Assembly (NCBI GenBank): GCA_002499085.1
Contig: DAKD01000027.1
Coordinates: 12,324-76,323, forward strand
Length of the DNA stretch: 64,000 bases
From: Methanomassiliicoccales archaeon UBA280
GTDB taxonomy: Archaea; Thermoplasmatota; Thermoplasmata; SG8-5
Direction of reading: 5' to 3'
Positions 19,797 to 29,214 of the stretch are shown here, in pieces; position 1 is the stretch's first letter, and every line of letters starts with the position of its first letter. The notes under the pieces were generated by a model that did no database searches, was not told where the DNA came from, and saw only the letters and a list, made by a program, of their open reading frames with translations. The translations under genes were made by a program, and so were the position numbers.

Positions 19797-22523
19797 CTAT
19801 CTCCGTCTTCCCTTCCGCATCCTGCGCACAACCCCCAGAAGGGCCAGGGCGCTCAGGCCTATCACGGCCGGAAGCATGAGCCTCTCGGCCGCTGAACCTC
19901 CCGCCGCGTCCGCCTCCTCTACATAGGGCAGCACTGTCAGCGTGACATTCGCCGTCGCATTCCTGAACCCGCCCTTGGTGGCGTTGATTGTGATGTTGCA
20001 GTCTGCCAATGATTCGACGTCGGCCGCGTAGACTGTCACGGAGGCGCTGCCTCCGCTGTCTGTCCTGGCCTCTGCCGCGCCCAGCGTGACGTTCCCGTCC
20101 CGGGTGCTCAGCCTGAGAACCGCGCCGTCAACCGGCATGTTGGCCGCATCCCTGACCATTATGTTGAGGTATGTGAACCCGGCATTTCCCGAATGGTCCC
20201 TTGCAGTTACCGTGTCAGGGTCCGCAGCCGCCCGGATTAGCAGCGTCCTCAGCCTCTCTGGGAATATCGTTATCGTGAACGTGACTGAAACTGCGGGCCT
20301 GTAGCCGGCGAGTGTCGCGGATGTTACCGTGAGAGTCACCGACTCCGAATTCGTGTATGATTCCACCAGCGGCACGTACGGCGCTGTGAAGTTGGTCGAG
20401 AACTGGCCGTGAGCGTCTGTGCGGCCAGTCAGGTTGAGCAGGTATCCCGTGCTTGCGCTCAGGACGACATCCGCGCCCTGCATCGCGTTGCCGCTGAGGT
20501 CTGTTATCTTGACCGAGAAGGTGTGAGTGGAGTTAGACTGGCCCGTCAGGGGAAGCCCAAGGAACCTGGCCCTGAGCATGGCCTTCTCCTGCTTGACTAT
20601 GCTTGTCATGGAGAGAGCGTTCAGCAGGCTTCCGGAGCCGTCGTCGACGAAACCGTCGAAGTTGTCTGCCCTGTAGAACTCGGTGGCCGATATCTGGTAC
20701 AGAGGGTACATGGGCACGTCATAGGCAATGGAGGATTCTGAGTCCTGGACGTATTTCAGGTGCGCGGCCGGGTCTGTGGCTGACATCGCGCTCTGGAGCT
20801 TCATGTCCAGGGACGAGTTCGAGTAACCGCAGATGTTGGGGCCGTACAGAGTCATGTCGGTGTGAAACAGCCTGTAGTAGTATGTGTCGGGGCGCGCCCT
20901 CTCGCCCGAAATCACTGCCTGGCTGACGATGCACATGTCGAATTCCCGTGAGTCCAGGCGCTCGGCCAGGGCTGTCGCGTTCATCGGCACAAGCTCGGTT
21001 TTGATGCCTATGGCATTCATCTGGTTCGCCAGCATGGAGCCTGCCTGGTACATGGTCAGGTCCGTGACTGAGTCCGGAACAAGGAGCTTGACCGCGCCGT
21101 CGGGCATGCTGCCAATCCTGGTGCCGTCCGGGTTGAGCCACCAATTGCCCTCGCCCGGAGGCTGGCTCCTGTCAGTGGGCACGTAACCCGTGTTGTTCAG
21201 TATGCTCATTGCCGCAGACGGATCGAACGCGTAGGCAGGGGCGGTGAGGTTCTTCCAGAGCCCGAAGACCGCGGGAGGGTAGGACGTGGCCAGGTTGGCC
21301 ATGCTGTTCATCCCGGTTGTGTCGGCGCAGTGGGCCAGCGCCTTCCTGAGCGGCTTGCCGTAATCTATGTCCGTGAATGTGACGCTGCTGTAGTCCCTGT
21401 CGTACCCGAAGGGCCTGCGCCTCATGTTGAAGGCGACCTGGACAATGGTCTCGGACCTCAATGACTCGTAAGCCACTTCCTCGCTGCCTCCGAACCTGGC
21501 CAGCGCCCCGGGCAGGTCCCAGGCTATGTAATCGATCCAGTCCGCCTCGAGGTCCATGATCGCTGCCTCCTCGGACAGGTAGGGACTGAGCACGATTCTG
21601 TCTATCATGGGCTCGGACGCTATTCCAGATTCGTAAACGTAATACCTTGACCCGGGCCTGTAGAAATGGCCCTGCCACGCGCCGAGCGTTATCCTGCCGC
21701 CAGCATTGCCTGCCCATATGAACGGCCCGCTTCCCACAGGATTCGGGTTGGTGAACTTGGTGGCAAAGTACAGCTTCCATGAGTACTGGTCGGAGCTGTT
21801 GTATCCCGGATCGGACCATATCATGGTGTTGTTCATCGTCTGGTTCGAGGCCTCGCCGCCCCAGATGTGGTAGGGCAGTATGGGAGCCGAGAAATAGCTG
21901 TCGAACACCCCGAACAGGGGCTTCTGCAGAGTGAATTTGAGCGCGGCCCTTGACATGTCCTGGCTTTCCCAGACCTTCTGAATGTGCAGCCACCTCGAGT
22001 CCGTGTAATTGCTGCCCAGCAGCCCTGCCTTGTCTGCGAGCGGATGCCCCATCCACCCATCCTGGAAATGTGCCTGGGCATGGAACGAGAACATGATGTC
22101 CCGCGCGGTCATCTGCTCCCCGTCATGCCATTTCACGCCCCCGAAATCGTAGAACACTGTAATCTCTGGCTTGCCCGGATCCTCCCAGAGCCCTTTCGGC
22201 CTGTAACCGAAATTGCCCACGGAACAGTCCGCCCATGTCACATTGTAGGGGTTCGCCGAGACATTGGCTGTCCCGACCGCAATGTAAGGGACGCGTTCGC
22301 CAGTCTCGGGATTAATCTTTGTTGCCGTGTCGTATATCAGGCCGAGCACGTTCATGGAGGCTGCGTCAGCAGTCAGCGGGTTCGTGGATGCGAGCGGCTT
22401 TATCGCGGCCCTGAACACTGTCTCGGCGGCGGCACCGGCCTGCGCCTGTGGAACGGCCGGCACGAGCAGGGCGAGCGCCAGGATGATGCAGACCGGCCTC
22501 CAGTAAGCAATGCGGGATCTCAT
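19797..22523 (-). CDS. family-5 solute-binding protein paralog 4 (more divergent) with Ig-like extension and TM anchor
   Basis: The start is taken at ATG 22523 (MRSRIAYWRPVCIILALALLVPAVPQAQA, a signal peptide), which overlaps the upstream stop by 4 nt. The ORF-track start at 22802 runs into the upstream gene. The body is SBP5-like (WWLNPDGTRIG, FDMCIVSQ) and the C-terminus is a TM segment ending in RRMRKGRRR. Confidence 0.75.
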   Translation of the reverse strand: MRSRIAYWRPVCIILALALLVPAVPQAQAGAAAETVFRAAIKPLASTNPLTADAASMNVLGLIYDTATKINPETGERVPYIAVGTANVSANPYNVTWADCSVGNFGYRPKGLWEDPGKPEITVFYDFGGVKWHDGEQMTARDIMFSFHAQAHFQDGWMGHPLADKAGLLGSNYTDSRWLHIQKVWESQDMSRAALKFTLQKPLFGVFDSYFSAPILPYHIWGGEASNQTMNNTMIWSDPGYNSSDQYSWKLYFATKFTNPNPVGSGPFIWAGNAGGRITLGAWQGHFYRPGSRYYVYESGIASEPMIDRIVLSPYLSEEAAIMDLEADWIDYIAWDLPGALARFGGSEEVAYESLRSETIVQVAFNMRRRPFGYDRDYSSVTFTDIDYGKPLRKALAHCADTTGMNSMANLATSYPPAVFGLWKNLTAPAYAFDPSAAMSILNNTGYVPTDRSQPPGEGNWWLNPDGTRIGSMPDGAVKLLVPDSVTDLTMYQAGSMLANQMNAIGIKTELVPMNATALAERLDSREFDMCIVSQAVISGERARPDTYYYRLFHTDMTLYGPNICGYSNSSLDMKLQSAMSATDPAAHLKYVQDSESSIAYDVPMYPLYQISATEFYRADNFDGFVDDGSGSLLNALSMTSIVKQEKAMLRARFLGLPLTGQSNSTHTFSVKITDLSGNAMQGADVVLSASTGYLLNLTGRTDAHGQFSTNFTAPYVPLVESYTNSESVTLTVTSATLAGYRPAVSVTFTITIFPERLRTLLIRAAADPDTVTARDHSGNAGFTYLNIMVRDAANMPVDGAVLRLSTRDGNVTLGAAEARTDSGGSASVTVYAADVESLADCNITINATKGGFRNATANVTLTVLPYVEEADAAGGSAAERLMLPAVIGLSALALLGVVRRMRKGRRR

Positions 22524-25513
22524 CTGCTGTCCCTCCGGGCCTTCCTGCGGCCTTTGACGGTCGCCGCAAGCAGCAGAACTGAAACGGCCAGCAATGCAGC
22601 GCACGCTGCTGTTACCGGCCCGATACCGGACTGTTCGGGCGGCGCTGGGACTGTCACGGCCATGACGTCGGTGCCTGAATTTCCCGCGGCATCGCTCACT
22701 GTCAGGTTCACCTGTGTCGTCCCGGGCGACCAGAACCTGTATGACTGTTCTGGGCCGTAAAGCGTCACGGCCGAGCCGTTGTGGACGAATGTCCATGTCC
22801 AATTCACTACCCCGACATCGTCATAGGAGGCCGAGCCGTTCAGGGCTGTCTCCGAGCCTGCCCCGGAAAGTGGGACTGGCAGGGCAACGGCCAGCGGCGC
22901 GGAATTGTCCAGGACCGTAACCGTCGCAATGCTTGTGTTCGTGTTTCCGTCCGCATCCCGGACAGTCAGAGAGGCACGGTACACGCCCGGCACACTGAAT
23001 GTCCATGACACCGACGCATCGGCCGACATGATGCCCGTGTTGACGCCGTCGCTGAACACCCATGAGTATTCGGTTATGGCGACATTGTCCCTGCTCGCGG
23101 AACCGTCCAGGCTCACTGCCGTGCTCCGGTTCACCGTGATGTCCGGACCTGCATCGGCAATCGGTATCGGATAGATGAGGACGGAGAGGGCCAGTGTGTC
23201 CGTGTCAGTGCTGCCCACGCTGTCCTGCACCGTGAGTGTGACCGTGTAATTGCCCGGCACCGCGAAGAAATGGTCGGCCACAATTCCCGAAAGGTTCTGG
23301 TGGGCTGCGCCGTCAAAGAAGCTCCATGTGTAATTGACAATCCCGGCGTTGTCGGTGCTGCCCGAGCCGTCGAACCTGACCGTGTTGCTTTCGTTTACTG
23401 CGATGTCGGGGCCTGCGTCCGCGGTCGGAGCGATTATGTCGGCCTTGATGGCGAACGCATCTGTCCCGCCGGAGGCTGTTTTGCCGGGCACGGCCAGTGT
23501 CGCGGGGAAGTCGTCCGAGGCAGTCAGGCCGGCAATGAACACGCATGCGTCGTCCGCCACAGCAATGCCTTGACCGGAGTCGTCCTCCGAGCCGCCAATG
23601 TAGGTCGAATAAACAAGGCGGCCTGTGTCAGGCGCAACCTTGGAGATGAACGCGTCGGCATTGCCGCTGTTTGCCCTTGCCAGGCCGTCCCTTGTAACCG
23701 GGAAATCAGTTGATTCTGTGAGGCCGGTCACATGGGCATGGCCTTCGGAGTCCAGGGCTATGCCCCCTGCCGCTTCTCTGCCGCTGCCGCCCAGGTAAGT
23801 GCAGTATTCCGCATCCTGGCCCGAGGCGCTCAGCCTTGCAATGAAAAGGTCTGTGCCGCCTCCGAGCGCCTGCTGCGCCGCGCCGGTTGTTGCAGGGAAA
23901 TCCGTGGAGTTTGTCTGCCCGGTGAGATGGGCCCGTCCCAGGGAGTCGACGGCGATGCCTGAGCCCATGTCAGCGCCGCTGCCGCCCAGTACCGCTGAGT
24001 ACTCGAGAGCGCTCCCGTGCAGGCCCAGTTTTGCGGCGAATGCATTCTGCCCCGGCTTGGTTGCATTGAGTCGGCCCGATGTCACTGGGAAATCGGACGA
24101 GGCTGTGGTGCCTGTGATGTAGGCATACCCATCCAGGACTGCTATCCCCGAGGCCGAGTCTGAGCCTGTGCCGCCAATGAAGGTCGAGTAGAGGATGATG
24201 TCGCCCTGGAGGCTCAGCTTTGTGACGAATGCGTCTGAGTCGCCATTCAGCCGCGTGCCGTAAGCCCTGAGTGTCGCCGGGAAGTCTGCTGACCATGTAT
24301 GGCCTGTGATGTACGCCTGGCCCATGCCGTCGATCCCTATACCCGAGCCTTCCTCGTCATGGCTCCCCCCCAGGTATGTCGAGTAGTTCAGGGAGAGTCC
24401 GTCCGGGCCCAGCTTGGCCACGAATGCGTCACCCACGCCGCCGTAAGCGGCGTCCGCGGCCCCGCCCGTGACTGGGAAATCCGTGGACTGGGTCAGGCCG
24501 GTGATGTGCGCGCACCCCGAAGAGTCCACTGCCATGGCCTTTGCCGCGTCATACTGTGTGCCGCCGATGAATGCCGCATACTCGAGCGTCTCGCCCGTGG
24601 GATTCAGCTTGGCCACGAAGATGTCATGGCTGCCCCTCGGGTCCTGGACGCCTGAAACGGGCAGAACGCCCGCGGAGTCTGTCATGCCGGCGACATAGGC
24701 CGAGCCGTCAGCGCCCAGGGCCAGGGCCAGTCCCGAATCCTCCCCCCCGCCGCCAAGGAATGTGGAGTACACCAGCGGGTCTATGACAATGGCGCGGGAT
24801 GCTTCCCTACCTTCGACTGCGAAGGAATATGTGCCGTCGCCGTGAAGAACGAACCCGGATTCCAGAGTGTCGCCGGGGCTGCCTTGGTAGTATGTCTCGG
24901 GAGGCGAATCGGTGAGCGTCTCGCCCGACCCGGCCACGATGTTCAGCGAGCCGTCCGCGGCCAGATGCATCGAGGCTTGTCCTGCGACCCTCACCCGTAT
25001 CTGGGCGGGGTCAGCGAATTCGTGGACCAGGTACTGGTACTTCAGCGAGCCGTTGCTGAGCGAGAATTCAAGGTCGATGCCGTCCCACAGGTTCTCGTAA
25101 ACCAGGGCGCGGTAATTGGCCGCCCCGGTGTGCCAGCTTGCCGGGTCGTTCCCCATGAAATAGCTTGTGCGCCATGATGCGGGATCCAGCCCGAGCGGCT
25201 CGGCAGCATTGCAGCCTTCGAAGCGGAATTCCAGGGGGCCGCTGCCTGTGCGTACCGTGAAAGAGCCGTCTGCGAAGGCGATTCTGCCCGATGTCGCATG
25301 GTACCTGATCGCAGCGTCCCCGGCCTGGCCGATGTTCTCCGTGAACACGCTCATCAGGGTTGCGGGCGCAACTGACGGTTCGAACGTCCCCGAGGGCCCG
25401 GGAACGGGTTCCGGGTCCAGGGCTGTTGCCGCGGGAGGCGGATTGTCGATGCATGGGGAGAGCGATGCCAGCAACAGAAGGACCAGTATCGCGGCGGGAA
25501 TTGTGTGCCTCAT
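22520..25513 (-). CDS. SBBP beta-propeller-repeat / PKD-domain surface protein 2, C-terminal TM anchor
   Basis: The start is taken at ATG 25513 (MRHTIPAAILVLLLLASLSPC), in an ATGA overlap with the upstream stop. The protein has repeated ...G.AVD..G.AY.TG.T.S.DFP.T... units, then PKD-like units (W.F.DG ... TV.D..G), and a C-terminal TM segment with a basic tail. The ORF-track start at 26371 is an extension into the upstream gene. Confidence 0.8.
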   Translation of the reverse strand: MRHTIPAAILVLLLLASLSPCIDNPPPAATALDPEPVPGPSGTFEPSVAPATLMSVFTENIGQAGDAAIRYHATSGRIAFADGSFTVRTGSGPLEFRFEGCNAAEPLGLDPASWRTSYFMGNDPASWHTGAANYRALVYENLWDGIDLEFSLSNGSLKYQYLVHEFADPAQIRVRVAGQASMHLAADGSLNIVAGSGETLTDSPPETYYQGSPGDTLESGFVLHGDGTYSFAVEGREASRAIVIDPLVYSTFLGGGGEDSGLALALGADGSAYVAGMTDSAGVLPVSGVQDPRGSHDIFVAKLNPTGETLEYAAFIGGTQYDAAKAMAVDSSGCAHITGLTQSTDFPVTGGAADAAYGGVGDAFVAKLGPDGLSLNYSTYLGGSHDEEGSGIGIDGMGQAYITGHTWSADFPATLRAYGTRLNGDSDAFVTKLSLQGDIILYSTFIGGTGSDSASGIAVLDGYAYITGTTASSDFPVTSGRLNATKPGQNAFAAKLGLHGSALEYSAVLGGSGADMGSGIAVDSLGRAHLTGQTNSTDFPATTGAAQQALGGGTDLFIARLSASGQDAEYCTYLGGSGREAAGGIALDSEGHAHVTGLTESTDFPVTRDGLARANSGNADAFISKVAPDTGRLVYSTYIGGSEDDSGQGIAVADDACVFIAGLTASDDFPATLAVPGKTASGGTDAFAIKADIIAPTADAGPDIAVNESNTVRFDGSGSTDNAGIVNYTWSFFDGAAHQNLSGIVADHFFAVPGNYTVTLTVQDSVGSTDTDTLALSVLIYPIPIADAGPDITVNRSTAVSLDGSASRDNVAITEYSWVFSDGVNTGIMSADASVSWTFSVPGVYRASLTVRDADGNTNTSIATVTVLDNSAPLAVALPVPLSGAGSETALNGSASYDDVGVVNWTWTFVHNGSAVTLYGPEQSYRFWSPGTTQVNLTVSDAAGNSGTDVMAVTVPAPPEQSGIGPVTAACAALLAVSVLLLAATVKGRRKARRDSR

Positions 25514-28500
25514 GGCCTTCCTGCCCCCTGTCCCTTCCTCTTGCGCAGCATTGCCGTGGCCGCGAGCATTATGCAGGCAGGCAGCAACAGTGCCCACCCG
25601 TACGAGTCTCTCCAGCCAGACGACGAAACAGCCTCTGTCCCGGCCACTGTCACGGCAATACTGGCCTCTGCGGAGTTCCCGTTGGCGTCGAGAACTGTGA
25701 GCGTCACTGTGTACGTTCCCTCGGTCCAGAAGAGGAATGACTGAGTCTGGCCGAACAGGGTTATCTCTGTTCCGTTGTACACGAATGTCCAGGTGAAGTT
25801 GGCTATGCCGGAGCTGTCGTAGCTGCGCGACCCGTCGAATTCGGCCGATGTCCCGGGCAATATGATGCGGTTGGCTCCGGGGGCCGCAATCGGCGGCATG
25901 GTGTCGAGCACGGTCACTGTCATCGTGTCCAGGGCCCAGTTCCCTGCCGCATCCGAGGCATTGAGCGTGACCTGGTATGTGCCGGGCACAGTGAATATCC
26001 AGGAAGGGTTCCGGCCGAACAGGGTTATGCTGTTCAGGCCGTCGTTGAATGACCAGACCCAGCTTGCAACTCCGATGTTGTCCGTGCACCCCGACCCGTC
26101 GAAGAGTGCTGTTTCCGCCTCGTTCACTGTCATGTCCGGGCCTGCGTCTGCCGCCGGGCTTGATGTCTCGAGCACAGTCAGCACCATGGTGTCTGTGCCT
26201 GTGAGGCCTGACGTGTCCGTGACTGTGAGCCGGACCGGGTATGTGCCGGGCACGCTGAAGAAGTGGCGCACCTGCGCGCCTTGGAGAACGAAGTCGGCTG
26301 TTCCGTCGCTGAAAAACCATGTGTATGAGGTTATGTCGACATTGTCCCGGCTGGCAGCGCCGTCGAACCATGTCTCGTTGCCGCTGTAAAGGGACCTGTC
26401 AGGCCCGGCCCTGGCCGTGGGCGCGGTGATGTCGTATATCAGCACCGAGACAGTGTCCACGGCCCAGTTCCCTGCCGCGTCCCAGATCTTCAGAGTTATG
26501 GCATAGTTTCCGGGTGTGGCGAAGACATATGACGGGGTCTGGCCGTACAGAACCTTATCGACATATCTCTCGGTGAAAGACCATGTGTAGTTGACGATGC
26601 CCACGTTGTCCGAGCATGCCGCCGCGCTGAGCTGCACGGCAGTGTCCTCATCTGCGACTATGTCCGGGCCTGCATCGGCCGTCGGATGCGTGATGTCCCA
26701 AACAGTGAGGACAGCGGTGTCGGTGTCCCAGTAACCTGAGGCATCAGTGACGTTCAGTGTGACTGTGTAAATTCCCGGAACAGGGAACATGCGCTGCGGG
26801 GAAATGCCGTACATCTCGATGATTGACTGGCCGGCCGTGAAGGTCCATGTGAAATTGACTATGCCGTGGTTGTCTGTGCTTCCGGCCGCGGTGAAAGTTG
26901 CCGTCTGGCCCTCATTGATCAGCATGTCCTGCCCGGCGTCGGCAACTGGCGGGGCGATGTCCAGCTTCGTGACGAATCCGTCGCTGTTCCCGCCGAATGA
27001 GATGTCCGCAGCACCCGATGATGCGGGAAATGCGGGGGAAAACGTCTCGCCGACTATGTGCGCGAAACCTGTCTGGCCTGCGGCTATTGCCCAGGCATAA
27101 TCATTTTCCGGTCCGCCCAGGAATGTGGAGTCCAGGAGATGTGCCCCTGACGCTGACAGCTTGCTCATGAAGGCGTCAGTGCCGCCGTTGTGCGTCCTGT
27201 CATAGCCCCTCTCCGCCATGGGATAGTCGGGCGATGCCGTGTGCCCCGCAATCGCGGCGCAGCCGTATGAGTCCAGGCTTATGCCGACGCCGGAATCTGC
27301 GTTTGCTCCGCCCAGGAATGTGGAGTATGCAAGACTCTCCCCGTACCTGTCCAGCATGGTGACGAAGGCATCGCTGCCGCCGTTATGCGAGATGTCGTAA
27401 GCGCCCTCGGTGGTCGGAAAGTCGGTTGAGACTGTGCTGCCTGTGACATACACTGTGCCCCATGCCCCCACGGCTATGCCGTTGCCGTAGTCTGCGCTCG
27501 AGCCCCCGATGAATGTGCAGTACATGAACGACGTACCGGTCTGGCTGAGCTTGGCCGCGAAGGCGTCATAACCGCCGTTATGCGTCCTGTCGAAAGCCCT
27601 CGAGGTCGCCGGAAACATGGCGGACCGCGTCTGGCCCGTGATGAAGGCATAGCCGTTGCTGTCGACCGCGATGTCGTTCGCGTAGTCGTAATCGGCATGT
27701 CCCAGGTAGGTCGAGTACTCGATGGAGCTTCCATGGCGGTTAAGCTTGGTCACGAAGCCGTCGTTCGCGCCTGTCGAGCCGCCGTTGAAAGAGCGCATTG
27801 CCGCATCCGACGATATGGGGAAGTTCTGGGACCACGTGTCTCCGACGATATAGGCAGAGCCCGAGCCGTCAACCGCAATGGCGGAGGCGCAGTCCACGGC
27901 CGAGCCGCCCAGGTATGTCGAGTAAATCAGCGAGTCTCCGAGCGGGCTGAACTTGGCAACGAAGGAGTCGTAAGTGTCGCCGTTGTAGGCCGGGCTGAAG
28001 GCGCCCTGGGTCGTGGGAAAATGCTGGCTCATCGTGTAACCAGTGATGTAGGCATTGCCTTCGGAGTCGACCGCTATGCCTTTGCCGAAATCATGGGACT
28101 CGCCGCCCATCATCGCAGTGTATACCACGGAGTCGCCGTTGAGCCCCATCTTCGTGACGAATATGACATTGCTTTCCGGATTCGAGACGCTCACGTAAGC
28201 CCCGAAGGACGTGGGGAAGTCCAGTGAGTCAGTGTATCCGACTGTGTATGCGCAACCGTCCGTGCCTACGGCAACATCGGTCGGGCGATCATACCCAGTG
28301 CCGCCGATGAATGTCGAATATATCAGCGGGTCTATGGTCATGGGCCGGGACATGTCCCTCCGCCCAAGGCTGAATGAGTACATGTTTTCGGAAAGGACCG
28401 TGAAACTTGCCTGGATTTTTTCGGCGACCGCGTCGGTGTAGAACACATCCAGGCCTGCATCGGTTATGCTGCGGCCGTTGCCCAGTTCCATCTCGAGCCC

Positions 28501-29097
28501 GGAATCGGACACGCTGAGCGCCTCCGCGCCTTCGGCCTTTATCCGTATCAGCCCGGGGTCTGCTCCCGGGGCCACCGAGAACTCGTATTTCACCGAGCCG
28601 TTGACGAACATGTATGTGAGGTCTATGCCGTCCCACAGGTTCCTGTAAACGACAGCGCGGTAATTCGGCACTCCAGAATGCCATGAGCCTTCATCCTGGC
28701 CTATGAAAAAATTGCTCTTCCAGGGCAGCGGGTCCGAGCCTTCGGGCCCGGCTGCGTTGCAACCCGGGAAACACAGCCGAAGAACGCTTTTCCCGGATGC
28801 GCCGGACTCCGCTCCCCCGGCAGTGTAGATGAAAACAGAATCGGATGCGAAGGCCATGCTGCCCGATGCAGCATAGAAAAGCACATCCGGGTTCGGAACC
28901 TGGCCCAGATTCTCGGTGAAGGCGGCCGTGGGCTCGGAGCGGATGGCCGGGGCATGCGCTGTTTGGGCCGGCAGCAGGGCTGCCCCTGATTCCGGTGTTG
29001 CCGGCGCAGAGGCGGACCTTTGCTGAATCAGTGCCGGAAAGAGCAGGCAGAACACCAACACGCAGCAGAGGCAAAGAGTAGTTAATCTGGTCGGCAT
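25510..29097 (-). CDS. SBBP beta-propeller-repeat / PKD-domain surface protein 1, C-terminal TM anchor
   Basis: 1195 aa. It has a signal peptide (LCLCCVLVFCLLFPALI), about nine SBBP-type repeats, five PKD-like repeats (WTFTAGQ, WSFTERY, WFFSDGT, WSFNDGL, WTFVYNG) and a C-terminal TM segment. Confidence 0.8.
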   Translation of the reverse strand: MPTRLTTLCLCCVLVFCLLFPALIQQRSASAPATPESGAALLPAQTAHAPAIRSEPTAAFTENLGQVPNPDVLFYAASGSMAFASDSVFIYTAGGAESGASGKSVLRLCFPGCNAAGPEGSDPLPWKSNFFIGQDEGSWHSGVPNYRAVVYRNLWDGIDLTYMFVNGSVKYEFSVAPGADPGLIRIKAEGAEALSVSDSGLEMELGNGRSITDAGLDVFYTDAVAEKIQASFTVLSENMYSFSLGRRDMSRPMTIDPLIYSTFIGGTGYDRPTDVAVGTDGCAYTVGYTDSLDFPTSFGAYVSVSNPESNVIFVTKMGLNGDSVVYTAMMGGESHDFGKGIAVDSEGNAYITGYTMSQHFPTTQGAFSPAYNGDTYDSFVAKFSPLGDSLIYSTYLGGSAVDCASAIAVDGSGSAYIVGDTWSQNFPISSDAAMRSFNGGSTGANDGFVTKLNRHGSSIEYSTYLGHADYDYANDIAVDSNGYAFITGQTRSAMFPATSRAFDRTHNGGYDAFAAKLSQTGTSFMYCTFIGGSSADYGNGIAVGAWGTVYVTGSTVSTDFPTTEGAYDISHNGGSDAFVTMLDRYGESLAYSTFLGGANADSGVGISLDSYGCAAIAGHTASPDYPMAERGYDRTHNGGTDAFMSKLSASGAHLLDSTFLGGPENDYAWAIAAGQTGFAHIVGETFSPAFPASSGAADISFGGNSDGFVTKLDIAPPVADAGQDMLINEGQTATFTAAGSTDNHGIVNFTWTFTAGQSIIEMYGISPQRMFPVPGIYTVTLNVTDASGYWDTDTAVLTVWDITHPTADAGPDIVADEDTAVQLSAAACSDNVGIVNYTWSFTERYVDKVLYGQTPSYVFATPGNYAITLKIWDAAGNWAVDTVSVLIYDITAPTARAGPDRSLYSGNETWFDGAASRDNVDITSYTWFFSDGTADFVLQGAQVRHFFSVPGTYPVRLTVTDTSGLTGTDTMVLTVLETSSPAADAGPDMTVNEAETALFDGSGCTDNIGVASWVWSFNDGLNSITLFGRNPSWIFTVPGTYQVTLNASDAAGNWALDTMTVTVLDTMPPIAAPGANRIILPGTSAEFDGSRSYDSSGIANFTWTFVYNGTEITLFGQTQSFLFWTEGTYTVTLTVLDANGNSAEASIAVTVAGTEAVSSSGWRDSYGWALLLPACIMLAATAMLRKRKGQGAGRP

Positions 29098-29144
29098 TTA
29101 TCTTTCACCGTGGCATCCTGCCATTGAACAGGGATATGGTATAT

Positions 29145-29168
29145 ATGGATTGCCGGATGGCAATCCAT
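29145..29168. promoter_or_regulatory. perfect 10-bp-arm palindrome ATGGATTGCC-GGAT-GGCAATCCAT in a divergent promoter region
   Basis: Read directly from the sequence. It abuts the TATA-like GGTATATATGG between the surface-protein operon (start 29097, minus strand) and the phosphoesterase gene (start 29215, plus strand). Confidence 0.45.
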
Positions 29169-29214
29169 CTCCCGCGGGCACGGGAATTTTATACACCGAG
29201 GGATTGCATGCTTC

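Noticed and set aside
25514-26371. 5' extension of the SBBP/PKD protein 2 ORF (track start 26371)
   Set aside because: The extension runs through the upstream gene in another frame. The signal peptide begins at ATG 25513. The same reasoning applies to 22524-22802 for SBP paralog 4.
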